Source: Lingula anatina
Taxonomy: Eukaryota > Animalia > Brachiopoda
DNA length: 64,000 nt
Assembly (NCBI GenBank): GCA_051362555.1
Contig: CM120641.1
Coordinates: 32,928,401-32,992,400, forward strand
Reading direction: 5' to 3'
Part shown: positions 1 through 13,700 of the stretch, one piece after another
Position numbering within the stretch: position 1 is the first letter of the stretch
Layout: each line of letters begins with the position of its first letter
Made by a program: the position numbers and the translations under genes
Notes under the pieces: generated by a model
Seen by the model: the letters and a program-made list of their open reading frames with translations, nothing else
Database searches by the model: none
Told to the model about the DNA's origin: nothing

Positions 1-260
1 AGAATAAAAATGCAGTCCAATACATGTGTGAGTTGTACTCCAGATAAGATTTTGTGGCGGGGTTTTTGGGATTTTTTAGGGTTTCATGGTTATGCATCAT
101 AGCTGTCTGGGAGGCCTGGTACTGTAAGCGAAGTTATGGAACAAAATGTTGGGGATTCATTCTTATAATACATTATGATGACTATATTAATTTGTAATTT
201 GATGGAAAATAATGTATTTTGATTAACTCTGGGGTTTTATTATTTTTATTTGTGTTTCAG

Positions 261-2598
261 TCGTTTCCACAATACACTACTTCAATCAAATTATTTTGCA
301 GTAAATGTGTTAGCCAAAAATCAGGTAAGATATTTTTTGTTGTAATAATTTTTATCAGTGAATTTAGATTTGATAAACCATTTGTTTTTGAAATGGCTGT
401 TGAAGTGGTTGAAGTCAGTGATTGGTCCTCATACAGTATGTGCCAAAAACTCCTTAGCCAACAGGTACTAGCCCTTAATGGGACCAGTTTTTAAGAATTG
501 ACTGTTCCAATGAAGAAATGATGGTTATAGGAACTGAAAACATTTATGAAATTTTAGCAATGGAACTTTTTCCACACTAGTGTAAACATGACTAAATTCT
601 AATGTGTGTTTGTATTTGTATGTGTGAAATATAGTATTGATACATGTAAATATCATATTTTAGATCAAGCTAACCATTCATTTTCTGTATGTATGTATGT
701 ATGTATGTATGTATGTATGTATGTATGTATGTATGTATGTATGTGCATGTGTCAGTCTGTGTGTTTGTATAATAATATTGACATATATTTTATATTTCAG
801 ATCAAGCTTAGTGTTCATTTTTCAACTCCAGCAAAAGATGGTGTCGACCAGTTTGGAACAGTTATACATGAATCTGGAATCAAGGTATCACACTATACAT
901 ACTAAGAGAAGATGATAATGCAATTCAATATCAGGATGATCATGTGAAAAAATATTACAGATAATTTGTTCACAAGCAAATTATTTATGAGTTGATGTTC
1001 CTGATTAACATCCCAGAATTTATTATTAATATATCCCAAGCTGATGAATATTTGTTCTCATGTTAATTTCTTTTCTTTTTTTTTTTCGTGTGTGTGTGTG
1101 ATGGTGTGTGTGTGTGTGTGTGTGTGTGTGAGATGGTGAAGTGCACTTTGTGCAAATACATGTGCTGCACAAAGTATATTCCAGGAAACTTAGAGTTTAG
1201 GTTTAGACATGTCTCAGGTTTATTTGTTGTTTTTTAAAATTGTATTTGCTACAGGTACTTTTGTGATCTACTTCTAGGGCACTCCTCTGATAAATGGTGC
1301 ATTGGCAATCCTGCAATGTAAATTGCATTCTGTACATCAGATAGGAGATCACAATGTATTCTATGGAGAACTATTAGAAACCTCTACAAGTACAGAAATA
1401 GGAGAGCCAATGTTATATTACAGAAGGTATCAAATGTATTTATTTTGTAACATTTTGTTCCAATGAATGAAATGCACATACAGTTTAAATGGTGAGACCA
1501 CTATTACACAATGTTAATTTATGTTTTATGTGTTTTTTTAAGAAATAGATGTTATTTGAAAGTAAAAACAACATGTTAAAGGCATGTAATTTAATTTCAG
1601 AAGTAGTTTTTTTTGTAATATTAATGATAATGATACTTTTAAGTATTAAAATGCATTTCTGTTTTGTTGTGTTTGGTAATTTTTTTGACTCCAATAGACC
1701 AATCATAAGTCTCAATTCAGTTTTGGCAGCAATGTGGAGCACACACAGAGCCTGGGTCCATGGCATAATGTATAATTTGAAGTGTGAACTTTTTTATAAT
1801 TAAAGGACAAGCATTTCTCTGTTTTTTTTTTTTTTTTTTTTACTTACCCTCTCTCACCATATTAAGGAAATTATAACTTTAGATCTTCTCCTGCAATTTA
1901 CATATGATGTAACATTTTTATTTGATCTGTATTGGGGACTGTCAATGGTGCATTATATATATATATATGCCATATTACAAACTGTGCAGTGAATAGTTGG
2001 GAATCATTGATGTATCATTCATTGTTGTTAAAATGTAAATGTAGGCTCTACCCTCTACCAGGGCCACAGATTGATTTTTCACTAGATATTCACAGATGTC
2101 TTTAGATAAATAGGTGGCCATTTTGTTCTCTATGAACAGTTAGAAGACTGACCGTTTTAGTAAGAGACCTTATCTATGAATATCTAGTGAAAAATCAATT
2201 TGTGGCCCTGGTAGAGGGTAGATACCCCCTGTAGGCTGCATGGCATAAACAGATGCCTTTATTGCACTCCTGATTGGGCTGTCATATTAAGTATTGTGGG
2301 TTAATGTTATTTTTGGATACATTAATAAATGCTTTGTTGTACTCATGTGTTATTATAAATTTTTTTGGATAATAAAAATGTGTACTTTTTATAACCTAGG
2401 AAATACAGAACGATTGGAGATGAAGTATTTATGCATGCCTTTGAAGACAAGACATTACCATTTGAAGACTGGACACATGAAGCCCATTTGCGCATGGCTT
2501 GGAATTATATAAGAGAATGGGGGAAAGAAGAAGCTATTCCTCTGATAAAGTAGGTGCACGTGATATTTAATACAGGGCCTGGCATATTTTTTTTCAGG

Positions 2599-2633
<35 letters not shown>

Positions 2634-4151
2634 AAGGGGGTGGGGGTGGGGTAAAACTTAATTGCCCCCCTCAAAAAGTCACATTTTTCAAACAGGACTT
2701 GTTCAAATACTTTTTACTTAAGATATTCCAAGTTTCTGGACAGCGTTGAAGTAAAAAATAATTTAAATAATTTTGATATTTAAGTTGGAAAGTGTTTTTT
2801 TAAAAATTGCTGTTTTAGTTAACTTTGCTTTACATTACCACATGACAAGCAAGGTCCTTGTTTGGTCTTAATTGAACTATTTAACTTTACTTTTCAATTT
2901 CATTAATCTGTACTTTTTGTCCTTAACAATTATGATACATGCTAAATATTATTGTGCTTTTTTTGTAGGAAAGGTATCAAAGAGTATAATGAGAGACACA
3001 AACATTTAGTAAGTTCCACCTTAATCTGTTCATTAAATTGTTAATTAGTGTTTGTTACTTTGTAAGAATTTTGGGGACCATTGGCTTTTATGTAGAAAAT
3101 GGCCCCCATGTTTCAGCACAGCTGAGGTCCCAAATGACCTCAAAGTCAAACCCCAGGGGAATCTTTAACTAATTAATGGTATAAATTTTTTTCTTCATTT
3201 TCATTTTTATTCTGATGATTTTATTTTTCAATTATTACATCAGACTAAATAATTCATTCAAGGCAAACGATCAAATTTTTTCAGCCAGAAGTGCCCCATT
3301 AACACAGATTTTTGTGCATTTCTGATACTTTACCGTACTTAGAACAATGTCCATTTACCCTATATGAAGCACTCTGTATAAAGGCACTTTTCTGATCATT
3401 ACCTTGTCATGTCACTATTAGCCTCCGTGCTTGGCCTTATTTTTTCTCAGCTATTGAATTTCATATGTTTCAGACATGGCATGCTAATTTGCAAGTTGCA
3501 TAAGTTATAAACCACTACCATTTTAATATAAATACAGGCATTTGCCACAAATATCTTGAAAGATGTCCTCTTTTCATCAGGTGTAGATTATTTCACATAT
3601 TATGGCAATATTTTTAATTATTTGATTAATTTTTTTCAGATTTCAAGAGGTTACCATGAAACTATTACCATGTTCTATATCAACATGATTAGTCATGCTA
3701 TGGAACAGAGCAGGGAAACAGAAACTACATTTGAAGATTTTATACATCAACATCAGTATCTCACAGACAAGAACCTTTTGTTTGAATATTATTCAGAACA
3801 GTTGCTCTATACAGAAGATGCTGCACAAAGGTAGGTATTTCATAATCCTTCAAAGGACCTTTTCTTTGATAATAGCCTGTACGTACTGGTATGTAAGCCC
3901 AAAAGAAATTACGAATAATGTTCCACCAAATGTTAAATATTAAATAAATAAATAAAAACTAACAAACAAACAAACAAGCAATGACTCTAAAGTCTACATT
4001 AAACCAGGATATAAAGTTATTTTAGTCGTCTTTTTCACCTTGAAAGTAAACAGTGGTCTTTTCTTTTTTTAAGATCAATTTCAATTATTATTTTTCTCAT
4101 ATTTTAAATTTCAGATTCAAAATACCAGACAAATGTAGACTTCCCACTTGA
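261..4151 (+). CDS. Flavin reductase-like domain fused to an uncharacterised His-rich helical domain; 5' end lies outside the window. Exons 261-324, 801-884, 1278-1426, 2400-2549, 2969-3008, 3640-3830, 4115-4151
   Basis: GT-AG exons splice in frame: ..FAVNVLAKNQ/IKLSVHFS..DQF../GTPLINGALAILQC..IGDHNVFYGEL..PMLYY (flavin reductase FAVNVL, GDH and PLLY-like motifs), then FEDKTLPFEDWTHEAHLRMAWNYI..YHETITMFY..LLFEYYS..FKIPDKCRLPT*; AATAAA near 4288. Confidence 0.8.
688..743. repeat. (TATG)n microsatellite
   Basis: Tandem GTAT units; explains the MYVC-repeat ORFs. Confidence 0.95.
2049..2220. mobile_element. MITE family A (non-autonomous DNA transposon)
   Basis: Terminal inverted repeats TACCCTCTACCAGGGCCACAGATTGATTTTT ... 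AAAAATCAATTTGTGGCCCTGGTAGAGGGTA; related copies at ~47493-47618 and partial at ~51640-51701. Confidence 0.8.
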
Positions 4152-5157
4152 TACAGTTTTGCAAGATTAGAATGCCAACATGGAGAATGACATTTTAGCC
4201 AAGAGGATGAAGTAATGACTGTGCCAGACAAGACACTTTTCTGTACCATATACAATGTAGGAATTCCTGCCTATGGAGGATAAAGACAATAAAAAACTAA
4301 TTTAATGACCAAAAATAAGAAGTTGAAATGGGTGTCACAGGAAGTAAAATATTTAGTGTAAAGACTGACGTTTTCCATATTTATTTGCATAAGCCACTGT
4401 TCTAGAGCCTTTTGAATGGAAGAGATTCTATAGAAAAATGCCAGTTTAGATATATTGTTCTAAAACGGGAATTCAATTGTGGTTGTATATTTACAGTGCT
4501 CAAGTTTTTAAAGTCAAGTTCAGTGAAGAATTTGATGCCAATTATTGTAAGAGTTAAAATTTTTAATCCACATGCACACACAACAATCCCTCCATTTTTT
4601 CTAATTATTTTTATTAATAGCTTAAACTGACAAATTACACCGTTGATCAGTAAGCAGTTGCAACACTTGCAAACAAAATAACATCAATAATTGTCCCCAA
4701 TTTCACAAGCCAATATACGTTATTCTGTGTACCTGCCAGTACATCAAATTGTTTACTGCAGAACTAGTCCCGTTCAGTATCGATCTTTTCATAGCCAATC
4801 TCCTAACCTGACGAGAAAGTACATCAAAGATTTGCTTCTAGCATGATTTTTCTGCTATACAAGTCCATTTCACGTCCTTTATCAGTAGAATAAGTATCAA
4901 TTGCTTAAGACAATTCTTGTTTTACCATAAAACCTTACACATTCAAATATACGCTGTCATGAATGTGAAGATAAATATACGACAGTTGATCAATATCTTA
5001 ATAAGTTGTTATAAACCTAGAAGCTTATTATCTTGCAGAATTATGCACCTAACACATCTAATATGCTCTCATGACAAATTCAAATTTACTGTGGTTAAAA
5101 TCAGTGACCATCTAATTTAACATTAATATCTCAGAGATTCGACATTTTGTTCACAAG

Positions 5158-8100
5158 TCAGTCTTTAACTGTTTCCAGTGCAGTGCTGCGTTCTTCTTGG
5201 AGCTCCTTCATGGTCTTATCCATCTTATCTCTGGAGAAGTCGTCAATGGGAAGGCCCTCAACAATCTTCCAATTGCGACCTTTATCTATTGTGACTGGGA
5301 AGCTGTAGATCAGCTCAGGTTCAATTCCATAGGCACCACTAGAGGAGACTCCCATGGACACCCATTTGCCCTAAAAACAAAAATAAGTTAAATTTGGATT
5401 CCTACACAAAATTTTGTTTATACCATTTTAACAGAGTAACACAGGGGAAAAAGGGAAAATTGTTTTGTTTTGACATCAGTGTTTGACTCAACATTGTTAC
5501 ACATGTTACCAACCAGAAAAGCATTTCTTGGTTTAAGATTCCTCAAATGTTAACAGTTACACAAAGACAATTAAGATCAATTCATTGCCATCCGTGTGAT
5601 GCATATTAGAACTTCACAAAAAAAAAAAAAAAAAAAAAATCACCTCTGGAGTTCCATGCCACCAGTCTCTCATGTGATCACAAATGGCATTGGCAGCCGA
5701 CATTGCACTGGACAGCTTGCGTGCCTTTATTACTGCAGCACCACGTGTCTGGACAGTCTGGAGAGAGTGAAAACATGGATGTCAAACTTTCAGAGCAACT
5801 TTTTTCATTCATGCAATCCATGGTGGACATATATTAAAGATACAAAACATTGGTCTGCATAGATTCTAAATATTGTTTTATAATACATTTTTCTGATAAA
5901 TAAAAAACATTGTTAAAAAAATGTAAATAACACTTCAGCAATTGCTTAAGGATGTTGTAACCCTTTATCATCATCGAAATACCAAAAATGAGTTTTTGCT
6001 GCATCTAATTATTCAATAACGCATCTTACTTTGTGCTGATTTAAAACAACTAAAAAAAACCCTTAAAAAAATAAAATATTGGCATTTATATTTTTTTGTG
6101 CAATGTATAAGCATGGGCGTCTCAAAGCTGTAATCCTCGATTTAACATTTTTATTTTGAGGTGAGATAGCAATTGGTATGGGGCATAACTCCATCCCTGA
6201 ACAAGATTTTGTCACGAAAATTGGTATAGTGGACCGCAAGTGTATGAGCTACAATCCTATGCCAGCATTTTGGTTTAAAGGCTTTTGTCTTGGAGTTATG
6301 AACCTCTAAATACAGATTTTGATTGAACAAAGGCATTATTTTGCTTTATCAACAATAAAATCTGTACTAAGACTTTTGAGGAAATTGCTGGCAGGGCTTC
6401 GTAGTACTAACTGGTGTCATTAAAAATAGTGATCATGGGTGCTCAGGTAAAAGAGAAATTTGTGAAACTGATTATTCAGTTTTTACCCCACAACCACAAT
6501 TATGATGTCACCCATAAGATGAAACATGTAAACATAAATTAATTTAGTCACTTAACACTGAAGATTTATTTATTACCCAAAAGAATGTATGTAAGGCAGT
6601 AAACAAGGAGTTTTGGGTGAAGCGTAACAATATCCTTAAAATTGTCAAAATTTATAGATGGGTATTATTGCCTTTCTCTACCATTTATTGCCATAACTAA
6701 AAGAACATTTTTGTACCTTGATGAATTCATTCTTCAGCCAACTGTCATCCTTGACGGCATCCTGAACACCAATTTGCTGCCCATCCTTCGAGATGACAGC
6801 ATGGCGGACATCAGGGTACTGAGTAGAAGAGTGGTTCCCCCATATAACAACCCTGCTCACATCCTGAGCAGCAACACCCTCCACTCGAGCTGCAATCTGT
6901 AAATCACATAAATAAAACCTATTAAAAAATCTCTACTTTAAACGACAAGGTGTGGCATGATAAGCTGATAAGGTGTCAGTTTAAGTCTGTGTAGAATAAC
7001 TTAATTTGGTATAATGTTAAAAAATTGTCATTAATCGTAATAACCTGTGCCTGAGCTCGACTTTGGTCCAACCTGGTAAGACATGAGAAGTTCTCACGCG
7101 GAATGGAAGGAGCAAACTTTGCACAAACAAAGCAGTTGGTATTGGCCGGATTACCAACTACCACAACCTGGAAAAGATGTGAAACAAATTCAAGAAAATG
7201 AGGCAAATTTCTAGATGACTGAAACATATCTTTATTTCAAGCCAAATTTTAAGACTTCTGAACATTCCTACATACATCTTATCTTAACATATAGCTATCA
7301 ATTGTGCATGTCCACATTTACTTAGCATCTTGTACATTTCTTGTGAACCAAATAAAAGTTATATACCTGACTCATCTCTATACCAAATTTCAAAATGAAT
7401 ATAACACTGATGACTATGAAAAGGAAGATTCTATGCTATGGGTAAAATAAACCCCACATCATTAAAAAAACATACCTTGACAGTTTTCTTGGCAAATTTA
7501 TCAAGAGCAAGACCCTGGGATTTGAAAATCTTGACATTAGCAGCTAGAAGGTCCTTTCTTTCCATTCCCTCACGGCGTGGCATAGCACCAACCAACAATG
7601 CCACATCCACATCTTTGAATGCTACGCTTTCATCATCAGTTGCAACAACCTCTGCAATAGATTAAATTCGGCCATTATTCAAGTCTAGAGGTTCAAATGA
7701 AGGTAATTTATTTAATTTTGCAAAACACCTTTAACTGCATCCTTTACTGGTTACAATTCCCCATACTACTTACCTCTGAGTAAAGGCAATGCGCAGTCTG
7801 TGAGTTCCATCACGACCCCGTTAAGCACAGCCATCATTGGGGTTATGTCCAATAGCACAAGTTTAACGGGCTAAAATATGCAAAAACAGAAAAACTTATA
7901 CAAATAGAAATTAAAACATTATGAAGTCTTACAGTCCATTAATAAAGAATATGTATTTATATCTCATATTGGACACTCACTTATAGCATGTGTCCAATAA
8001 TATGAGATTAAATATAAATTCCATTCTTAATCATACTGATTGAAATAACTACTAGATGAATCAACATATGCTATTTGACCTGCAGTCCTATATTTCATTA

Positions 8101-10133
8101 GATTTTTTTTTTACTAATTTTACATATTGATTAACTGTGTATTACTCACCAGTATAACAGCTGTTTACATTATTCTCCACAAAGTATATATCTATCTCCA
8201 TATTAAAATGGAAAATATCTGTGTATTTTAATATGAATTAATTCAATTTATAATAAGAATTCATTAAAATTTATTTATTAGCTAATACTATATAATGCTT
8301 GCCTTGTCTCTACCAAAGACATCTCCCTTAGCTATTGGGAGCAGAAGGGAATATGCAATCTGGCCTGCAGCACCAGTAACAAGTACTGTAATAACCTGCA
8401 AGAAATGAAACCTTTAATTATAATATATATTTTAAATGACCTCAAGTTAAACCTCAATTATGTATTCCCTGTGCAGGGGTTCATAACTCTGATAGTGCCA
8501 ATGGGGCTGGGGGGGGGGGGGGCATAGCAGGCCATGTGCCTCCCCCTTTTTACACACACACACACACTTTTAACTCCTTCCCCAAGCCAGCCAAACTTTT
8601 TTTTTTGCTCTGTAAGACAATATATTCAAACATCTTGATCAGTGTGTTTCATTTATTCAGACAATGACCAACTGTTTTTACTGAACCATTTTAACTTCCA
8701 CTAATACATGATAATGCTCATCAACAATATAAAAATATTCAACATAAAAAAAGTTGAAGAAAGTTCAGTACATTTGGTAAATGACCCAAAAATCTGCATT
8801 GTGTTGTGATATCTTTTTCAGTATTGGATTTATGTATTTTAAGGAATTCTCAATAAGAATATACATTCATGAGCACTTTATACAAAGGTCACCAATAGAA
8901 TGATATGACCATGTGGCATACAAGGTCACATTGCTAGAGCGTGTTATCCTACAAATGCCCTTGACCAATCTCCAACTAAGTTAATGTTTTAAGTATACTT
9001 CACTGGCATTTACTCACACATAATGGTTTTTATGACCCTTGGGAGCCAATCCATATCAATAATTTCGATTTCACCCTGATCACTCCTTTAAAGGTGTCAA
9101 AATATTACAGCATTTTATCAGGGGCGGATTTAGGCCATCTTCTGGGTCTTCCGGAAGACGGTCAGATTTTAAAGTTTACATTGACGGGTATCTAATATTT
9201 TCTGTCGGAAGACGGTCAAAAATGGAGGATGGATTAACAAAAATAATTTGGAAGACTGTCAGACAATATCTCTGGATCCGCCCCTGATTTTATAATATTT
9301 TAATTAACAGCAATAGGGTTTAAACTAATAAGGAAGTGGGGATAGTATTTTTGACAATTTCTAAATCTAGATAAATGAAATAACAAGAAATGGGATAAAT
9401 TTAATATCACCTTTGCACATCTAGAGGGAAATCCTAATGTGAAATTTGGAGGTAAAAGCATTCAAAGCTGCAAAACCTTATATAACTTTCACTTTATGTA
9501 CTGATGTGATTCAAATCATTAGACTTATCAATACCAATTGTATCAATGAGCATATATATAGTGTTAATTGTTACTGTGCATGATGTCGCATATTGCAAAA
9601 TAAATAAAAATTAAAAACTCTTGCCACGGCACATGATGACAATCAAGTTTCATAAATTATATGCATGTCTTCAACAATGCCACGTGTTTAAACTTCTGCA
9701 AAATTCAACATTTGCCGACAGCGTGCATGTGTACACGGCGAAAAATCTGTGGGTCACATTCAAAAGCTCAATGTCGGGAGTTTCAATGTCACCTCAATTT
9801 ACAAAGCGTTCGCTGGAATTTTTTCATAAGATATCTAATCAAGGAATTGTCGGTTTGTAAAGAAAATACATCTGCATCATTTAGAAGCCTATCAGACCCA
9901 TGACCATGACTCTTGCCCTCTAATTCACTAATATTCTACACTCCACAAAACTCCCCCTATCTCCAAGGACACGACAATTTCGCCGGTTGCTGAAGGTCAC
10001 TAATTTTCAACCAAAAAAATAAACGGCGAGTTTACAAATTGGCAAGATGACAGTTATATGCAGAGTTACCTTTAATGATTAATAACTGAAAATTCGTATA
10101 ATATTTTGATTAACTTACCTCTTCACTTGCCAT
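5158..10133 (-). CDS. MDH1: Cytosolic malate dehydrogenase. Exons 10119-10133, 8303-8395, 7774-7870, 7476-7651, 7045-7167, 6717-6896, 5644-5757, 5158-5370
   Basis: Spliced translation gives [102 protein letters not shown]: diagnostic MDH1 motifs. Confidence 0.97.
9119..9286. mobile_element. hAT-like MITE in MDH1 intron 1
   Basis: TIRs CAGGGGCGGAT ... ATCCGCCCCTG with ATTTTAT on both flanks; diverged copy at ~23304-23452. Confidence 0.75.
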
Positions 10134-10708
10134 TTTGTTGTTGAAGCTACGAGCAAGGTACAAGCAACAGCTCAAGGTCGAACAACTTTTGCCAAAGAGA
10201 CGACGGAGGCGACACACTGTGACCTCTTTGAGAGTACATGATACAAAAAAGTTCTTAACGACAAGTCAAAAATTAACTCATCAGAAACTCAAAACAAACA
10301 ATTTTTGGCTTTTATATGATAAACATGTCTTTTCAGAGCAAATAAAAAGTTATAGTTGATTCTATATGATATATTTAAATCCCCTAAAAAAAGAACCTGC
10401 GCGCAAGAATACAACGAGTTTACAAGCACGTAGCATGATGTTAATTTTAATCGACGCTTGTTGTTGTTAATGTTTCTACTCTTACGCTACTTCTAAAATG
10501 ATTTTTAAATTAAAATATCAGTATCATTTGAGTTTTAATTAATAAATATGATATTCGGATGCTATGTTCGTTTTCGAAAATAGGGGTGGAGCTAGCTTCG
10601 TATAGGCTGTAAACAACTTGGGTTCATTGGGCTGCCGCTTTGAAGCTTGTGAAGTAATAATACCAACAAAGTAGTATTTGAAGCCAGTGGGTACAGTTTG
10701 TTGCTATA
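10134..10708. promoter_or_regulatory. Bidirectional promoter region shared by MDH1 and WDPCP
   Basis: Only ~575 bp between divergent start codons (10133 minus, 10709 plus); locally richer in CpG than the flanking introns. Confidence 0.7.
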
Positions 10709-13700
10709 ATGGTGTCTTGTCTAGGGGAACTGTTTATATGGACTTTAAAGAATCAAACCATAATACCAGGTGATTGTAACTCTATTTGCCGTGAATGCTT
10801 GCTATTTTTGTAAAAGTTGCATGTACTTTGTTACTGGTACATGGTTGGTAGTCTCTAAATAACTGACTGAGCTCTTAGTCATTAGTATTACAGTTAATTC
10901 ACGCTCGTATGTAAAACTGCTCCAAATACAAGTAAAGTATTTTTAATTAATTTACTGCACCTATTGACAAAATTATTGAACAAAGTTTGGTTTGGGCATG
11001 GGTGAGAGTTTTCAGGATTATGTCTGATTCAAAGATTTTCAGTCTTCATTTTGATCGTTTTTTTTTTCATATGGTCTAAATGTGATGAGAAATAGCAAAT
11101 TTTGTTTTCAGGATTTTCAGTTTTTACAACTCCCACCCATGGGAGATTCCCCTTTTCAGCTTTGTCAATTTTGTCAATATTGATGCGTGCACACACACAC
11201 AAAGACACACACACACTACACTGACCTATTGCGTCTGCAACCATGCATGTAATAATTAAAGAGTCCGTCAGAATACAAGACATAAAAACTTGTTTTACAC
11301 TTTCTGGGAGAGGAGAAAACTATTCATTCAATCCATGTATAAATACATGTATATTAATATTAACGGCCTATTTATTTAGTCCATTGTCTAGCTTGAATTT
11401 TATTGAATTGTACAGGTACTGAGTAGACTACTTCAATGTCACATAGAACATTTTAGATATTGGGTTATTTCCTTCTCAGATGATGACATAGGTTGCCATA
11501 CATATCACGATAAAGCAGAAACAGGTAAGTGGCTATACTGGTAATTACGTCAAAAACAATCATCTTTCTTAATTGGTAGACATTTGTCCATTTGTTCACA
11601 GTTAAGTGTCATAACATTTTTGTCAAGAAAATTCATGATCAGAATTTTTAAATGTATTATAATAAGATAATTGTCATATTTAATCTGTTAAAAGTCAGAT
11701 ATATTCAAATAGTGAAACTTCAAAAGCAAAATTAAATTTCGTGTATTAAAATCATGAATTTTGATTAGTTGTGAGATAATTAATAATTTTTCACATCATT
11801 TAAATTTATTGTTGCAGTATCCAATATTGAACAACCGTATTATGATGAAAAGCGCCAGTATACTGAAGGTAAGCATTTCAAAATATGACTGTTCCTGTGG
11901 TAAATAATGCTCAATATTTGAATATTAGTTATATATGTTTTAAAACAGTTTCATTGATTTTTTTAACAAAACTTATGAAATAAAGTTATTTGAAGTATGT
12001 GGCATAAATCTTTGATCTATTTTTGTTATATTTATCTAATTAGACAGAGATATTACATGGACCCCAAAGAACAGAAGACCTGACAGGTTAAGAGATAGTT
12101 TAAAGGAACTAGAGGTAAAGCTATGTAGAGTTTAATTACTTATGATAGTGTTTTCTCTTTGTATACTTTTTTATGTCCTTAAGGATTTTTGATACATGAT
12201 ATACTAGATATTGTTTAAGCCAAATAGCTAAGCATTTGATACTTTCCTAATCAGACCATTGAATCTAAATGACAGAAAATAAGATAGCTTTGATGATCTT
12301 TTTTTCTTATATTTAAAATGAAAACATTAATGAGAAACTTGATGTATTTATCTTTTATGTTTTGCTGTTATTTTTTCAGGAACTATTAGCCATTAATAGA
12401 TGCATATGCTGTAAGTGGAGAAGTCAGAGACTATTGAGTGTAAGTTTACAGCATGCAATGAATGTTACACCTTTAATTAGTAAAAAAAAAATCCTGGAAA
12501 TTTCTCCATTCACCAAGGTAAACTTTATTCAAAAGTGTCAAGAAAACCACTATCTATATGTTACAGTATTGGTGAAGACAAAAACTGACAGGAATGGGTA
12601 ATGGAAAGTAATTTGATGTTGATGTGGATTATGCTGTGTATTAACATGATAACAGTGTTTCCCAGTCACTGTGATATTTTCATCATTCTTTGGGTGACTT
12701 TTATATATTTTTCACTGTGTGTCTTTTTCTGTTTTAAGGTGATCCTTAGCAATGGGGCTGTTGTTTTGTTGGTGCTTAGTACTAGTTCTGGGGATGTGGA
12801 GAAAATCTTCATCGACAAATCTTTGGTGGGGAAACTAAGCTCAGAGACAGTGACTGATGGTTAGTTTTCCAGCTTTTGGTTCATTTATTTTTTCTCAAGT
12901 GCTCCTTTTGATTTTCCACTTGCTATAACTTAAATGGCATATCGATCTTTCTCAGATCTTCTTAGTTGAAAAGTTTGGTCTGCTTGAAAACAATTTACCA
13001 AGAATGCATGTTAAGAAATATAACAGGGCTTTGATTTTGTTAAGCATTTTTTGTTAAGCAAACAATGGTTTCTTTTTCAGCTCTGTTAACTGACAATTGT
13101 ATGATAGCATCATACATGGAAAAATCAAAGCTTGACTATGTGTATTTTAGCAAGAAAATACCATCAGGCGACCCTCTCAAAAAATTTGAGAAGTTGTCTG
13201 CTTCTGAACCAAAGGTAAGTTATGGCGAACAGAATCATCTGTAATTGTTGGGGGAAAACTTTATGAAAGAAGCTATGTGATATTGTTATTCATGAAGTAT
13301 GTCATTTGATTTTTTTTGAAATATTATGTGTTTTCTTTCAGATTCTTTCTGCAGATGTTAGATTCAATTATTTTCCTTTTTTCCCCTCTGTAGATTAGCC
13401 AGGTTGACTTGCCAGGCCCAGTGGGAAGACGCCTGGAAAGAAGAATCTCATGCAATACAAATCAAGATCTGGTAAAACATCTTTCAGAAATATCCTGACT
13501 GTATGCTATAAAAGATTTTGTTTGCAGTCTTGCTATTTCACTTAATTGATATTTTTATCATATGTTACGAACTTATGGCTTGAATAGCTTGAATGAAAAC
13601 TCATGGAATACTTAAATATCTGATCGATAATGCATTGTTATTTTGTACATGTTAACAAGAGACATTTTTGACACTGTTATTATCTCTGACAACAGGTGGT

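Noticed and set aside
606-915. ORFs with MYVC repeats
   Set aside because: Translation of a (TATG)n microsatellite; only 801-884 is a real exon
13342-13356. Possible 15-nt WDPCP microexon (ILSAD)
   Set aside because: Weak donor and the following intron would be only ~37 nt; no support without RNA data
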